Sequence record: DRR378314_2140
Reading direction: 5' to 3' (one strand)
Length of the DNA: 42,301 bases
Under the pieces are notes generated by a model. The model saw only the letters and a program-made list of their open reading frames with translations. It made no database searches and was not told the DNA's origin. Both the position numbers and the translations under genes were made by a program. Positions within the stretch are counted from its first letter, which is position 1; every line of letters begins with the position of its first letter. Of the stretch, positions 1 to 9,331 are shown piece after piece.

Positions 1-1
1 T

Positions 2-1186
2 CACGAATATCAAGGAAAAGAGATTTTAGCGAGCTTTGGAGTACGCATTCAACGCGGTTTAGTGGCTTATAATGCCAAGGAAGCAGTAGATGCTGCCAAA
101 CAATTGACCCAGGAAACCGGAACCGGTTGGCATGTAATTAAGGCCCAGGTTCACGCAGGTGGACGAGGAAAAGGAGGTGGAGTTAAATTGGCGAAGAACT
201 TGCGTGAGGTAGAAGATATTTCAGGATCTATTATTGGTATGAATTTAGTTACTCCGCAAACTTCTGCGGAAGGTAAAAAAGTGCATAAAGTTTTGGTTGC
301 AGAGGATGTTTATTATCCTGGGGACAGTGAAACTAGTGAATTTTATATGTCCGTTTTATTGAACAGGGCCGCTGGGAGAAATATGATCATGTATTCTACC
401 GAAGGTGGAATGGATATAGAGGAGGTTGCAGAGAAAACACCGCACCTTATTTTTACGGAAGAAATAAACCCAGCTACTGGTTTATTGCCTTTTCAAGCAA
501 GGAAAATAGCTTTTAACTTAGGCTTGTCCGGAACGGCTTTTAAAGAAATGACCAAGTTTGTTACCAGTTTATACAAGGCTTATGTGGAGAGCGATGCAAG
601 TTTGTTCGAAATAAACCCTGTTCTTAAGACATCCGATGATAAGATTATGGCAGTGGATGCCAAAGTATCCATTGATGATAATGCACTATATAGAAGAAAG
701 CAATATGCAGAAATGCGAGATTTGCTAGAGGAGAATCCAATTGAGGTAGAGGCAAGGGCTGTAGGTCTTAACTACGTTGATCTGGATGGAAATGTTGGTT
801 GCATGGTGAATGGTGCAGGACTGGCTATGGCTACAATGGATCTTATTAAAATGGCCGGTGGTGAACCAGCCAACTTTTTGGATGTAGGGGGAACCGCTGA
901 TGCCAAAAGGGTAGAGGAGGCCTTCAGGATTATTTTGAAGGATCCTGCTGTTAAATGTATCCTCATAAATATTTTTGGAGGTATTGTTCGTTGCGATCGT
1001 GTAGCGCAAGGGGTAGTGGATGCCTACAAAAATATGGGAGATGCCATAAAGGTGCCTATTATTGTAAGATTACAGGGTACCAATGCTGAATTGGCCAAGG
1101 AAATTATTGATAATTCTGGTTTGGCAGTACATTCCGCAGTTCAGTTTCAAGAAGCTGCTGATAAGGTGAAGGAAGTATTGGCATAA
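2..1186 (+). CDS. sucC: Succinate--CoA ligase (ADP-forming) subunit beta, 5'-truncated by the window edge
   Basis: Frame is open from base 2 (HEYQGKEIL...); motifs KAQVHAGGRGKGGGVK, EINP, GCMVNGAGLAMATMD, PANFLDVGG, NIFGGIVRCD. Confidence 0.98.
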   Translation, partial: HEYQGKEILASFGVRIQRGLVAYNAKEAVDAAKQLTQETGTGWHVIKAQVHAGGRGKGGGVKLAKNLREVEDISGSIIGMNLVTPQTSAEGKKVHKVLVAEDVYYPGDSETSEFYMSVLLNRAAGRNMIMYSTEGGMDIEEVAEKTPHLIFTEEINPATGLLPFQARKIAFNLGLSGTAFKEMTKFVTSLYKAYVESDASLFEINPVLKTSDDKIMAVDAKVSIDDNALYRRKQYAEMRDLLEENPIEVEARAVGLNYVDLDGNVGCMVNGAGLAMATMDLIKMAGGEPANFLDVGGTADAKRVEEAFRIILKDPAVKCILINIFGGIVRCDRVAQGVVDAYKNMGDAIKVPIIVRLQGTNAELAKEIIDNSGLAVHSAVQFQEAADKVKEVLA

Positions 1187-1209
1187 AACCAAGAAAGTAT
1201 AAAAATAAG

Positions 1210-1242
1210 AAAAGGCAGTGCTGTATAAGTACTGCCTTTTTT
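1210..1242. terminator. Intrinsic terminator, probably bidirectional, between sucC and DUF1456
   Basis: AAAAGGCAGTGCT-loop-AGTACTGCCTTTTTT hairpin with A and T tracts between convergent genes. Confidence 0.85.
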
Positions 1243-1322
1243 GTTATTGAAGGTATTTTACGTTGAATACCATTAGTTCTCGATAAACCAAGGTAGTCTT
1301 AACCTAGAAAAGTTCTGAGGGA

Positions 1323-1691
1323 TCAGGATTTTTTTTTGTTTTTGTACTTTACAGGGCTAATGTCGTGATCCATTTTCTTTTTCTGTTGCTCCTTGAATCC
1401 CGGTTTTTGATGTTTTTTAAAAATAGCCTCCTTTTTTGGCTTGGGCAAAGATAATTTTGGGTCTTTGGGATTCTCCCTGGTCCCACGATAATGTATCACC
1501 AAACCATTTAAAAAATTACGTAAAATTTGATCGCCACATTCTACATAGTTTGGGTGATCTTCTTTTCTGAAAAAAGCTCCCAACTCGCTTTTGGTAATTT
1601 TAAAATCGACTAATTTTAAAATTTCTACAATTTCATCATCCCGTAATTTTAAGGCAACCCTTAATTTTTTAAGAACATCATTATTGGTCAT
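1323..1691 (-). CDS. DUF1456 (YehS-like) family protein with Lys-rich C-terminal tail
   Basis: MTNNDVLKKLRVAL...CGDQILRNFLNGL signature. Confidence 0.85.
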   Translation of the reverse strand: MTNNDVLKKLRVALKLRDDEIVEILKLVDFKITKSELGAFFRKEDHPNYVECGDQILRNFLNGLVIHYRGTRENPKDPKLSLPKPKKEAIFKKHQKPGFKEQQKKKMDHDISPVKYKNKKKS

Positions 1692-1815
1692 ATGATAAAT
1701 TTTTTGACAAGATATTACAAAAAATAGGATGTGGGACTAGTTTGGGATTACTTTCCTGCATCCTAAGACAAGAAATCAATGCTATTTAATGTAACTTGGT
1801 GTTAAACTGTAATTT

Positions 1816-2217
1816 ATGAGTACGTATTTGGAGAAGCTGGGCATTCTTTCCCAAATGATTTCTTTTGCAAAGACAGACAAGGAAATCAAGGATTCGGAGT
1901 ATAATTTTTTGCTGGGTGTAGCCAAGCAGTTGGAGGTCGATAAGGAAACCTTCGATTCCCTTTTTCATAAGAAAGTTGGAAAGGTATTGCTTAAATCCGA
2001 AGCGGAGCGCATCCTTCAATTTCATCGCCTGGTACTGCTTATGAATGTGGACAAGGAGCAGCACCTGGTAGAAATTGAACAGCTGCATAACATAGGACTT
2101 GGATTTGGACTTCCACAGGCCGCCATAGAGCAAGTTCTTACCGTAATGCACAATTATCCTGACAAAGTGGTCCCACCTGCCGTGCTGATCAATATATTTA
2201 AAGCTTATAACAATTGA
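1816..2217 (+). CDS. TerB-like (tellurite resistance / DjlA N-terminal-like) protein
   Basis: Repeated A/V-D-x-x-x-x-x-x-E helical pattern (AKTDKEIKDSE; MNVDKEQHLVE) typical of the TerB fold. Confidence 0.7.
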   Translation: MSTYLEKLGILSQMISFAKTDKEIKDSEYNFLLGVAKQLEVDKETFDSLFHKKVGKVLLKSEAERILQFHRLVLLMNVDKEQHLVEIEQLHNIGLGFGLPQAAIEQVLTVMHNYPDKVVPPAVLINIFKAYNN

Positions 2218-2282
2218 TAAAAAGCGACATAATGTCCTATTATTAGGTCAGAATAGTGACACAATGGCATTAAAATGCAATC

Positions 2283-2296
2283 GGTATAACATTTGC
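2283..2296 (+). promoter_or_regulatory. Putative sigma54-type -24/-12 promoter of hsp20
   Basis: CGGTATAACATTTGC has exact GG-N10-GC spacing and TTGC at -12, 46 nt upstream of the hsp20 ATG; imperfect match to TGGCAC. Confidence 0.45.
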
Positions 2297-2342
2297 CTTT
2301 TAGCTCATGAGAATTTAAAGTATAACTTAAAATATAAAAGTC

Positions 2343-2768
2343 ATGAGTCTAGTAAAGAGAAATAATGTTATGTTTCCTTCATTAATGAATGAAATTTTAA
2401 GACCAGATTGGTTTGGTGGTATAGATAACTTCAAGGAAAGTGTACCGGCTGCCAATGTTAAGGAAACCGAAACTGAGTATGTATTGGAATTGGCAATACC
2501 TGGTAGGAAAAAAGAAGACTTCAATGTTGAAATCGACAATGACATCCTAACAATTTCCTCCGAAGTAAAAAGTGAGGAAAACAAAGAGGATGATGGATAT
2601 ACCAGAAGGGAATTTACTTTTTCTTCCTTTAAAAGAGTGTTTAGTTTGCCTGAAACAATTTCCTTGGATAAAATTAACGCTACCTACGAAGATGGAATCC
2701 TGAAGTTTGTTCTACCTAAAAAAGAAGAGGCATTACCTAAGCCTAAAAGATTAATTGAAATAGCGTAA
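2343..2768 (+). CDS. Hsp20/alpha-crystallin small heat shock protein
   Basis: PAANVKE...LAIPG...RREF..SSFKRVFSLP...ATYEDGILKFVLPK and C-terminal IEI motif. Confidence 0.95.
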   Translation: MSLVKRNNVMFPSLMNEILRPDWFGGIDNFKESVPAANVKETETEYVLELAIPGRKKEDFNVEIDNDILTISSEVKSEENKEDDGYTRREFTFSSFKRVFSLPETISLDKINATYEDGILKFVLPKKEEALPKPKRLIEIA

Positions 2769-2824
2769 GCTTAAAAGTAGTTTTGTATCCAGTGGGATAC
2801 ATTATAGATTGGTTGGTTGATTGG

Positions 2825-2855
2825 AAAAGCGCTTTGAGAAATCGAAGCGCTTTTT
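2825..2855. terminator. Bidirectional intrinsic terminator between hsp20 and uvrB
   Basis: AAAAGCGCTTTGA-GAAA-TCGAAGCGCTTTTT hairpin. Confidence 0.88.
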
Positions 2856-2909
2856 GTTTTGTTAAATGCCCATGAAACCATTTCTCAATAAAATGCGCAG
2901 AATGGTGTT

Positions 2910-4898
2910 TTATTCCTGTTCCTGAAGCGATTTAATTTCGTCCCTTAACTTTGCGGCTTGCATAAAATCCAAGTCCTTTGCCGCTTTTTCCATCGCCTTT
3001 CTTTTGTCCCGTATCATTTTTTCCCTTTGTTCATTGGTAAGGTATAATAGGTCGGGCTCCGCAGCCTTCATTTCTTCTTTCTCAAAATGATAGGTGGAAA
3101 CGGAATTTTTGGCCAAAACACTGTCCAAACTTTTGTTCAGTGCCGTGGGAGTAATATTATTTTCAAGATTATAGGTAGTTTGTTTTTCCCGTCTGTAGTT
3201 GGTCTCATCTATAGTTTTTTGCATGCTGTTGGTAATTTTATCAGCATACATAATGGCTTTTCCATTTAGATTCCTGGCCGCACGGCCCACAGTCTGGGTA
3301 AGGGATCTTGCACTTCTTAGAAAGCCTTCCTTGTCGGCATCCAAAATGGCTACTAGGGAGACTTCTGGTAGATCCAGACCTTCCCGCAATAAATTCACCC
3401 CTATAAGCACATCAAAAACACCTTTGCGCAGATCCTGCATTATTTCAACCCTTTCCAAGGTATCCACATCACTATGTATATAACGACAGCGAACATTTAT
3501 CCTGGTCAAATACTTGGCCAATTCTTCCGCCATTCGTTTGGTTAAGGTGGTGACCAATGTCCGTTCATCCTTTTCCACCCTCAATTGTATTTCCTCGATG
3601 AGATCATCAATTTGGTTCAAACTGGGACGCACTTCAATGATGGGATCCAAGAGTCCAGTTGGCCTGATTACCTGCTCTACATAAACCCCTTGGCTCAGTT
3701 CCAGTTCGTAGTCTGCAGGTGTAGCGCTTACATAGATCACTTGATTTTGAAGCGCTTCAAATTCCTCAAATTTCAGAGGTCTGTTGTCCATAGCTGCGGG
3801 CAATCGAAAGCCGTATTCAACCAAATTTTCCTTTCTCGACCTATCACCGCCATACATGGCGTGTACCTGTGGAATGGTAACGTGGCTTTCATCAACAACC
3901 ATTAAATAATCTTTTGGGAAATAGTCCAATAAACAGAACGGCCGGGTTCCAGGTTCCCTACCGTCCAAATACCTGGAATAATTCTCGATTCCTGAGCAAT
4001 ATCCCAATTCCCGTATCATCTCCAAATCAAAATTCGTGCGTTCTTCCAAGCGTTTCGCTTCCAGGTGTTTCCCTATTTCCTTAAAATAGTCCACCTGCAG
4101 TACCATATCTTCTTGGATTAGGTGAATGGCATTTTGCAATACATCTGGGGAGGTCACGAACATATTGGCCGGATAAATATTAAGCTGTTGGTACTTTTCC
4201 AGTATTTTGTTCTTGTAGGGGTCAAAGGCCTCTATTTCCTCAATTTCGTCCCCAAAAAAATGAATTCTGAAGGCATGGTCGGCATAACTTGGAAAAACGT
4301 CCACCACATCGCCCTTTACCCTAAAATTTCCGTTCCTAAAATCGGCAGTCGTTCTCGAGTATAAACTCTGAACCAATTGATGTAGGAATTTGGTCCTCGG
4401 AATAACTTGATCCTTTTCTATCCCTATTACATTTTTCTGAAATTCTACGGGATTTCCTATACCGTATAAACAGGAAACCGAGGCCACTACCAAAATGTCC
4501 CTTCTGCCCGATAATAGGGATGAAGTGGCACTCAAACGCAGTTTTTCAATATCCTCATTAATGGAAAGGTCCTTTTCTATATAGGTACCGCTTGAAGGTA
4601 TATAAGCTTCGGGTTGATAGTAGTCGTAGTAGGAGACAAAATATTCAACAGCGTTCTCTGGAAAAAACTGCTTAAACTCCGAGTACAATTGTGCAGCCAA
4701 GGTTTTGTTATGTGCCAATACCAAGGTAGGCCGCTGTACCTGTTCTATGACATTGGCAACGGTAAAAGTTTTTCCAGACCCCGTTACCCCCAAAAGGGTT
4801 TGGTAACGTTCATCGGCCTCAAGGCCCTCCTTTAATTGTTTGATAGCTTGGGGCTGATCACCTGTAGGTTTAAATTCGGAAACAACTTTAAATTTCAT
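2910..4898 (-). CDS. uvrB: Excinuclease ABC subunit B
   Basis: PTGDQPQAI, GVTGSGKT (Walker A), YYDYYQPEAY, DESH, LREGLDLPEV, QTVGRAARN, C-terminal UVR domain; ATG at 4898 preferred over TTG at 4904. Confidence 0.98.
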   Translation of the reverse strand: MKFKVVSEFKPTGDQPQAIKQLKEGLEADERYQTLLGVTGSGKTFTVANVIEQVQRPTLVLAHNKTLAAQLYSEFKQFFPENAVEYFVSYYDYYQPEAYIPSSGTYIEKDLSINEDIEKLRLSATSSLLSGRRDILVVASVSCLYGIGNPVEFQKNVIGIEKDQVIPRTKFLHQLVQSLYSRTTADFRNGNFRVKGDVVDVFPSYADHAFRIHFFGDEIEEIEAFDPYKNKILEKYQQLNIYPANMFVTSPDVLQNAIHLIQEDMVLQVDYFKEIGKHLEAKRLEERTNFDLEMIRELGYCSGIENYSRYLDGREPGTRPFCLLDYFPKDYLMVVDESHVTIPQVHAMYGGDRSRKENLVEYGFRLPAAMDNRPLKFEEFEALQNQVIYVSATPADYELELSQGVYVEQVIRPTGLLDPIIEVRPSLNQIDDLIEEIQLRVEKDERTLVTTLTKRMAEELAKYLTRINVRCRYIHSDVDTLERVEIMQDLRKGVFDVLIGVNLLREGLDLPEVSLVAILDADKEGFLRSARSLTQTVGRAARNLNGKAIMYADKITNSMQKTIDETNYRREKQTTYNLENNITPTALNKSLDSVLAKNSVSTYHFEKEEMKAAEPDLLYLTNEQREKMIRDKRKAMEKAAKDLDFMQAAKLRDEIKSLQEQE

Positions 4899-5110
4899 GT
4901 GCAATGCATTCTGGAACTCCTATAATTGCAATTTTATCTTTTTCCTTTCTAGATAAGAATAAAAAAATCATATTCGTTTTATGACCTAAAATTAATAAAT
5001 AGTGGGCAATACTGAGGTGCTTCGGCAACTATTTGTAACCATTGATGCATTCTGCGAGGGGTTTATGCTAATTACGTGGCAAAGGGAAGTTAAGCTTTTG
5101 GAAATTGGCT

Positions 5111-5944
5111 TTACAAATCGCGTTTTTTGAGCAGGGCGTACGAAAGATATATAAATATTGCTGTCCAACATCCAACTATCAATATCTCATAAAAATGAAC
5201 AGCGTAGTCCTTATTGAATTGTTCCCCCACTTGTTCTACCATACTTTGTACTGCTTTAAATCTGGAAGCCGGCTCTTTGATCAGGTTGCTCATAGACTCC
5301 AAGGGGAGGAATTTCATAACATAGGCCGAAGCCTCCTTGCCTGCCAGCCACCATACCAAAAATCGGATGGCTAAATTTTCAATGGCAAACCAAATAATTA
5401 GAAAGCCCAAGGCAAAGGCAGAGCGTTTTACCAATATACCAAGGAAAAGACAGAAGGAGAAGAAACCCAACAGTTTTATAAAATAAGCCAATAAGTATTC
5501 CAAATCCGAAAATATGATGGATATCTCCGTGAAATCGGAATAAAAAAGCCCTAAAACCAATGAAACTACAAAAACAAAAAGTGTAGAAATGACAGAAAAT
5601 GCGAAAACGGTCAAGAATTTAGAGGCGATAAATTCCTTTTTGCTCAAGCCATCTATTAAATTTTGTTTTAGGGTCTTATTGCTGTATTCGTTCGCCATCA
5701 TAGATACAATGACTATAGCAAAGAAGAGCTTCAAACCACTTGCAATCCAGGTATTCAAGTGCCATATGTAAGGAAAATTGAAAATTCCCTGTTCGGCCAC
5801 ATGGAACTGAATGGGACCGATATCAAATTTTATTGCGGCCAACAATGCCATGCAGAGAATAAGGACGAAATAGGAAATGATAAGGACCTTACTCGCATTA
5901 TTGTTCCATAATTTAATAAATTCTATCTGTAATAAACGTAACAT
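5111..5944 (-). CDS. ABC-2 type transporter permease
   Basis: About 6 hydrophobic segments, EYSNKTLKQNL motif and C-terminal KKRDL; directly downstream of the ABC ATPase. Confidence 0.88.
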   Translation of the reverse strand: MLRLLQIEFIKLWNNNASKVLIISYFVLILCMALLAAIKFDIGPIQFHVAEQGIFNFPYIWHLNTWIASGLKLFFAIVIVSMMANEYSNKTLKQNLIDGLSKKEFIASKFLTVFAFSVISTLFVFVVSLVLGLFYSDFTEISIIFSDLEYLLAYFIKLLGFFSFCLFLGILVKRSAFALGFLIIWFAIENLAIRFLVWWLAGKEASAYVMKFLPLESMSNLIKEPASRFKAVQSMVEQVGEQFNKDYAVHFYEILIVGCWTAIFIYLSYALLKKRDL

Positions 5945-5973
5945 ATTTTATGCGTTTAAGGGTATTAAAGCGG

Positions 5974-6873
5974 TTAATCCTTATGATTCGTCAAATTAAG
6001 GAATTGTTCCTCAAGACTTTCTTTGCGTTTTACCAAATGGGATAGCACTATACCATTATTAAATAAGTCCTGATTTAGGGTGCTAGCGTTCATTTCTTCT
6101 TTCAAAATGGCGGTAATCAAACCATTTTCCTGCTTAATAGGGCCGAAACTGGCGTGTTTACTCAGGAATGTGACCAAAGCCTCTTCATCTATGGCCCTGA
6201 GTTCAAAGAAGCCATAACTGGTCAACATTTCGTCAACCGGTCCCGAATAGAGCTTTTCACCTTTTCTTAGGATTATCACATGGCTACAGACTTTTTCTAC
6301 CTCGTCCAATAAATGTGAGGCTAACAGTATGGTAGTGCCCTGTGAGGCAATTTTTTTTATGATCTCCCTAATTTGATGTATTCCCTGCGGATCCAAACCA
6401 TTGGTAGGTTCGTCCAAAATTAATATTTCTGGGTCGTTGAGAAGTGCTGAGGCAATGGCCAATCGCTGTTTCATACCTAGGGAGTAGGTACTGAACTTGC
6501 TGTTTTTTCGTTCCAGTAGTCCAACCATTTCCAATTTTTCTTCAATTTTATCTTGAGGAACTTCCTTGATTTTGCAGACCAATTTCAGGTTTTGTATGGC
6601 TGTCATATAGGGATAGAAATTGGGACGTTCAATGATGGCGCCAACTTTCTTAAGGGCGACGTGGGTGGAAATGGTTCCTCCAAACCATGAAAAATCACCA
6701 GCTGTTCTATTTACTACATTTAATACAATTCCCAAGGTGGTCGATTTTCCGCTGCCATTAGGCCCCAAAATGCCATAAACATTACCTTTTTCAATACTAA
6801 AGGAAAGGTCTTTTACCGCGGTTAAGTATCCAAATTTCTTGGTAAGGTAGTTTACGGTCAGGATAGTTTCCAA
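5974..6873 (-). CDS. ABC transporter ATP-binding protein (BcrA-like exporter)
   Basis: GPNGSGKST, YSLGMKQRL, ILDEPTNGLDP, SH switch; TTG start. Confidence 0.95.
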   Translation of the reverse strand: METILTVNYLTKKFGYLTAVKDLSFSIEKGNVYGILGPNGSGKSTTLGIVLNVVNRTAGDFSWFGGTISTHVALKKVGAIIERPNFYPYMTAIQNLKLVCKIKEVPQDKIEEKLEMVGLLERKNSKFSTYSLGMKQRLAIASALLNDPEILILDEPTNGLDPQGIHQIREIIKKIASQGTTILLASHLLDEVEKVCSHVIILRKGEKLYSGPVDEMLTSYGFFELRAIDEEALVTFLSKHASFGPIKQENGLITAILKEEMNASTLNQDLFNNGIVLSHLVKRKESLEEQFLNLTNHKD

Positions 6874-6950
6874 AATGGGATAGATTTTTTGATTGTTTGT
6901 ACTTACTTGACGAAGAAATCGTTATTTTGTTACAAATTAAAGTTTTTTCC

Positions 6951-8030
6951 ATGTCTGAAAGATTAATGTCCAAGAAAAAGCCTGCATTTCCAGTAAATAA
7001 AAAATTGGATGCCTATTTGGAGCACTATAGCAGAAAAATTGAAATACCAATTTTTTATGAGGATCTGTTGCGTTTTTCTGGGTCTATTGTGGTATACGAC
7101 TCCAATGAGGAGGACACCCTTTGGGTACGTGTGTATTACAGCGAGTTCGATAGGACCGAAATCGATATCAGTCTAAAGAAAGTATATTCCATTCTACATT
7201 CCGATGGTAGTGACAGTATATTTCCATTCTTAAATGTAGATGCGGTGGACTATTGTACTTTTGGAAACTCCAAGCCCTTTAGGATCAAGGTCAGGAATAT
7301 ATTGAATGACAATTTCACTTATTTTTATGTAAAAAGGACCGATGCCTCCAGGATTTACGGACTGGAACTGGAGCATATGTTGTCGCCCTATAACCTTAAC
7401 TTCCTGGTCTACGGGGATACTTTGATAGAGGAGCATATTGCAGGTATTCCGGGAGATGTGTTTATCAAGGATTTTTTGCCGAAATGCAACGAATCGGAAA
7501 AATCGCAGTTGGCCAAAGAATTTGTCAAGTTTAACGAACGCTGTATGATCCGCCTTTTGGGGGATATGCGTTCCTATAACTACGTAATTGTTCCTACCCA
7601 CGATTTTGATCACGTGGTATATAAAATAAGGGCAATAGATTTTGACCAACAGTGTTATGAGGGAAAATTAAAAGTGTACAGGCCACAGTTTTTTAAAGAA
7701 AATTATAAAATGGTCATGTTGGTCAAGGAGAAGTTGCAACGTAATTCTGTGGATCAATATAAAATAGAGGAACGCTCCATTGTGGCCAAACGAATTTTGA
7801 GTTCAGGGAACCGTATCAAACGACTCATTTCCATAGTGAAGACCGATGATATATCCAATGACGATAATATTGCGGCCCTTTCACAACATATTTATGATCT
7901 TACGGGAGATATAGACTTTAAAAAATGTAAGACCATGGGGGAAGTGCTGGCACTTGCGCTGGACTTTGTGAAAAGAAATTATGAGGATGTTAGTATGAAA
8001 CAGATTATTGAGAACAAGATCAAGCTTTAA
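6951..8030 (+). CDS. Conserved hypothetical protein with atypical (PI3K/HipA-like) kinase motifs
   Basis: Long ORF with ATG at 6951; FYVK, ELE, LLGDMRSYN and AIDFD motifs in kinase order. The ORF is secure; the kinase function is inference. Confidence 0.7.
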   Translation: MSERLMSKKKPAFPVNKKLDAYLEHYSRKIEIPIFYEDLLRFSGSIVVYDSNEEDTLWVRVYYSEFDRTEIDISLKKVYSILHSDGSDSIFPFLNVDAVDYCTFGNSKPFRIKVRNILNDNFTYFYVKRTDASRIYGLELEHMLSPYNLNFLVYGDTLIEEHIAGIPGDVFIKDFLPKCNESEKSQLAKEFVKFNERCMIRLLGDMRSYNYVIVPTHDFDHVVYKIRAIDFDQQCYEGKLKVYRPQFFKENYKMVMLVKEKLQRNSVDQYKIEERSIVAKRILSSGNRIKRLISIVKTDDISNDDNIAALSQHIYDLTGDIDFKKCKTMGEVLALALDFVKRNYEDVSMKQIIENKIKL

Positions 8031-8076
8031 TATTTACCTATTCGATACCCAAGGGTAAACCCCTGTAATAATACTA

Positions 8077-8112
8077 AACAAAAGAAGGCCGAAGTTATAT
8101 GCTTCGGCCTTC
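8077..8112 (-). terminator. Intrinsic terminator downstream of the nucleoid-associated protein gene
   Basis: GAAGGCCGAAG-loop-CTTCGGCCTTC perfect 11-bp stem with an A-tract on the left (U-tract on the minus strand). Confidence 0.8.
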
Positions 8113-8160
8113 ATCTGTTTATGATCTTAGACGTCCATTCAATAAAGGGTCCAGGTTTGT

Positions 8161-9219
8161 CTAGCTTTTCTGTTCCTTGTTAAAGTAAACCAGGTAGTAG
8201 TACATTTGGCGCTCTTCGTCCCAGCCTTTTTCCACAAATTTTTGGGCCGATTCCGGATTTATAAAATCAAGTTTGATCTGGATATTGGTATCTAGGTTAA
8301 TAACGTTCTTAATTTTTTTTCTGGCATCGGAGACCGCTTTGTTGGCAATGTCAAAAGTAGAGACATCCTCAATACTGTACTTGGGGCCTTTTTCTACTTT
8401 GTAGTGCTTAAATTCTGGTATCAATTCCGGGTTTTCCATAACCTCGTTCAGGAAATTGCTCTCTTCAAAAGAGTCATTTTTGGCAAAATGATTTACGGCC
8501 CTGTTCATAAACAACACCTCCTGTTGTTTGTCCTCGGCAGGCAAAACCACATCTTTGGCAAAGTTCTGGCAGAATTTCAAGTAGTTTTTTGTCTTAAAAT
8601 TATCATCGGATAGGGCGTCGACCCCTAGGAAATTTTCCAACCAGTATTTGGTGTCGTAGCGATTACTGTCCACTGATAGGACTTTGTAACCTTCTTCTTT
8701 ATCGGTGTTGAAAATAAGGCATCCCTTGTCCAATTTATTGATGTTGATGCCCTGCTGCACCAAAATATCCAGGCTATTTCCCTTTTCCTGAAATTGTAGG
8801 AAATCGTGCTTAAGCTCGCTTTTGAATATGCCCACGGCATTCACCTTTACATTATCCAACATTAGATCTGTAAGATAGGCAACGTACACTTCACCGCTTT
8901 TGATGTGTGGATGGTTCGACTGGTCGAATAATTGGGTCGCTATTTTTTTTGAATTGGCATGAAGGCTACTTGGCTCATCAAAAATATCGGAAACAATTTT
9001 GTAGACCTCATTAAATTCAACGTCGGATTCATGGGAAAAATAATAGTAATTCTCCTCCTTTTCCCTGAAAGGTTTAAAGAAATATTCCTTTAATAGTCCC
9101 GTAGTTTCATCGTTAAGTGAAAATGGTTCCTCCGAGAGAAAAATTCCTTCGCTTTTATTTTTGTTTCCCACACGATGTATGGAAATAGTTTCAATTTGGG
9201 TAGGGTATAAGTTGATCAT
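8161..9219 (-). CDS. Nucleoid-associated protein (YejK/NdpA family, Bacteroidetes type)
   Basis: IHRVGNK, HPHIKSGE, GIFKSE, KLDKGCLIF, YWLENFL motifs; ~350 aa acidic protein. Confidence 0.8.
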   Translation of the reverse strand: MINLYPTQIETISIHRVGNKNKSEGIFLSEEPFSLNDETTGLLKEYFFKPFREKEENYYYFSHESDVEFNEVYKIVSDIFDEPSSLHANSKKIATQLFDQSNHPHIKSGEVYVAYLTDLMLDNVKVNAVGIFKSELKHDFLQFQEKGNSLDILVQQGININKLDKGCLIFNTDKEEGYKVLSVDSNRYDTKYWLENFLGVDALSDDNFKTKNYLKFCQNFAKDVVLPAEDKQQEVLFMNRAVNHFAKNDSFEESNFLNEVMENPELIPEFKHYKVEKGPKYSIEDVSTFDIANKAVSDARKKIKNVINLDTNIQIKLDFINPESAQKFVEKGWDEERQMYYYLVYFNKEQKS

Positions 9220-9331
9220 GGATAATGGAAAATGTTTAAGGTTTATTTGTGCTTAAAGTCTTGGTGAAGCTTTAACTTGATCAATTTTTGTAATTGACCA
9301 ATACTACTTTGATTTACCGCTAGTGGAATAA

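Noticed and set aside
2265-2278. TGGCATTAAAATGC as an alternative sigma54 site
   Set aside because: GG-to-GC spacing is N9, not the required N10
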